Positions 62,578 through 64,000 of a DNA stretch of 64,000 nucleotides are shown here, one piece after another. The stretch comes from the human T2T-CHM13v2.0 reference genome, Homo sapiens: the NCBI RefSeq assembly GCF_009914755.1, contig NC_060928.1; one strand, written 5' to 3'. Below the pieces are notes generated by a model. The model did not search any database. It was not told the DNA's origin and was given only the letters and a program-made list of their open reading frames with translations. Within the stretch, counting starts at the first letter, position 1; each line of letters opens with the position of its first letter. Position numbers and translations under genes: made by a program.

Positions 62578-63604
62578 AAGAAATCTTAATTCTTTCTGAT
62601 AATATATCAAGTATCCCTTTATCAGCCCAATAACATTTATGCAGCCTAGCTAGGTTTAGAGTGACAAGAGCTCTCTTTTTTTGCACATAAACACTAAAGG
62701 TATATGAAGTCTGACTTTCAAATCAGCAGAGTAACTAAAATATTTTAGAGCTGCTTAAATACACTGGTAGGTGTGAGAGTCATCAGTCTGTCAGAGCCAT
62801 AGTAACTGTATATTGGGGAAATTGGAACCACTTTTATCTTGGATGGCCCTGAGCTGCTGCTTACCTGTTAATTTTGAGTTTCAGTGCAGTTAATAGATTA
62901 GGAGTTTGGAAAAAAGCTTAGCTTTCCTCATGGAAAACTTTAAAAGGTAGAGATGGTCTGACTCCTCCAAACCCCTCAACCCACACCAGCATTACATAGC
63001 ATGCTCCCCACTTGCATACATATGTGCACAGCTTAGATATCCAAAGTCTGAGGTAAAAAATTAGTTGTACTCTACAAGATGATATTGAACATATTAAAGT
63101 TACTAGATTGTGACTCGCCAAGGACCTGCTGGGTTCTGAGTTTTCTTCTCCTTTTTGAGTATGCAGATTATGGTTTCACATTAGGGCAATTCATCTAACA
63201 ATAACCGCTTTGCCAAAATCTGCTTTTTTTGCGTTGAACAAGTGCTGCACTTCATACTGTGTGCTTGTGTTCATCACTTTTTTCTTTGTATTCTTTGTAT
63301 CCCTAGCATGTTTGTGGTGGTTTGTTTTCTCTTTGATATTTTGACCAATAGACATATTGGAGATTTTCTCACCTGTAAGAAACTCTTTTTTAAAGTTTAT
63401 GTTCTATCCCCTTTTCTTTCCAACTTAATGCACTAAGCATCACTTTAAAATTCTTTTGCTTCTAGGATTCTAACATATTTGCACCTTATGGCTTCTGTTC
63501 TTTGATAAATTTTTAAGTTTGTATTAAAACATTCAAGTTTACAGACGCTGTAGCCTTTGTCTTGTACTTCCAGGCAAATATTACAGTTCCTTATTTTTCA
63601 ACAG

Positions 63605-63682
63605 CTTCGCAAAGGCTGAAAAATTTGCCTCGCACTTCCCTCAAAGCCAAACAGTTGCTTCAAACTTCATCTACAAAAAGAG
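63605..63682 (+). CDS. SLAIN2: Probable SLAIN2 alternative cassette exon, 78 nt (TSQRLKNLPRTSLKAKQLLQTSSTKR)
   Basis: Acceptor ttccttatttttcaacag| at 63604; donor GAG|gtaact at 63683. Length divisible by 3 and stop-free in the phase-1 frame left by exon 6. Basic S/T-rich composition like the rest of SLAIN2. Confidence 0.8.
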
Positions 63683-64000
63683 GTAACTACAGCCTCTTAC
63701 TCAGTTTAAAATTTCAGCAAATGATCTAGTTAAATCTTAAGCCATTTGGCATACTGAGTCAGTGGTGTCTGTAAGGCACATTTTAGTCTTATTTTAAAGA
63801 ATAATAAAATAATGAGGATTTATTCTGTTATTTGGATAAATCCAGAAGAAACATTTTCTACAGAGGTATGTATTGGGTTGCTTTTCTGAAAGGAGTAAAT
63901 GATATATAGAGAATATATTTTTCTTACCCACTTAAAATGAAAGGGCATCATTTCAACTTTTTGCCAACTGAACTTCATAAGTGCTTTAAAATGAACCAAA

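Overview
Human (primate) genomic DNA, not prokaryotic. The window holds the 5' part of SLAIN2, a microtubule plus-end tracking adaptor for EB1/ch-TOG/CLIP-170, on the + strand. It includes a CpG-island promoter (~10.0-11.3 kb) and coding exons 1-6 (10742-11130, 38874-39022, 46916-47080, 48710-48868, 51588-51947, 52666-52803). These splice by GT-AG rules into 453 codons of open frame. A 78-nt frame-preserving cassette exon candidate lies at 63605-63682, and the 3' exons lie beyond the window. The rest is intergenic or intronic DNA dense in Alus (~30), with a full-length antisense SVA, a THE1 solo LTR, and L1/L2/MIR/MER remnants. Nearly all ORFs in the supplied track are repeat-derived artefacts. 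The most interesting observation is speculative: a candidate 10-nt microexon (57008-57017) flanked by RBFOX/QKI/MBNL motifs. It would frameshift the linear mRNA but would make an exon 2-6 circular RNA a stop-free 981-nt ORF. Other highlights are a re-splicing motif at exon 4, stacked uORFs, two target sites each hit twice by retrotransposons, an AluYd-lineage element, and a cluster of interlocking inverted repeats at 4.2-4.5 kb. No database searches were run; repeat boundaries and subfamily calls are by eye and approximate.
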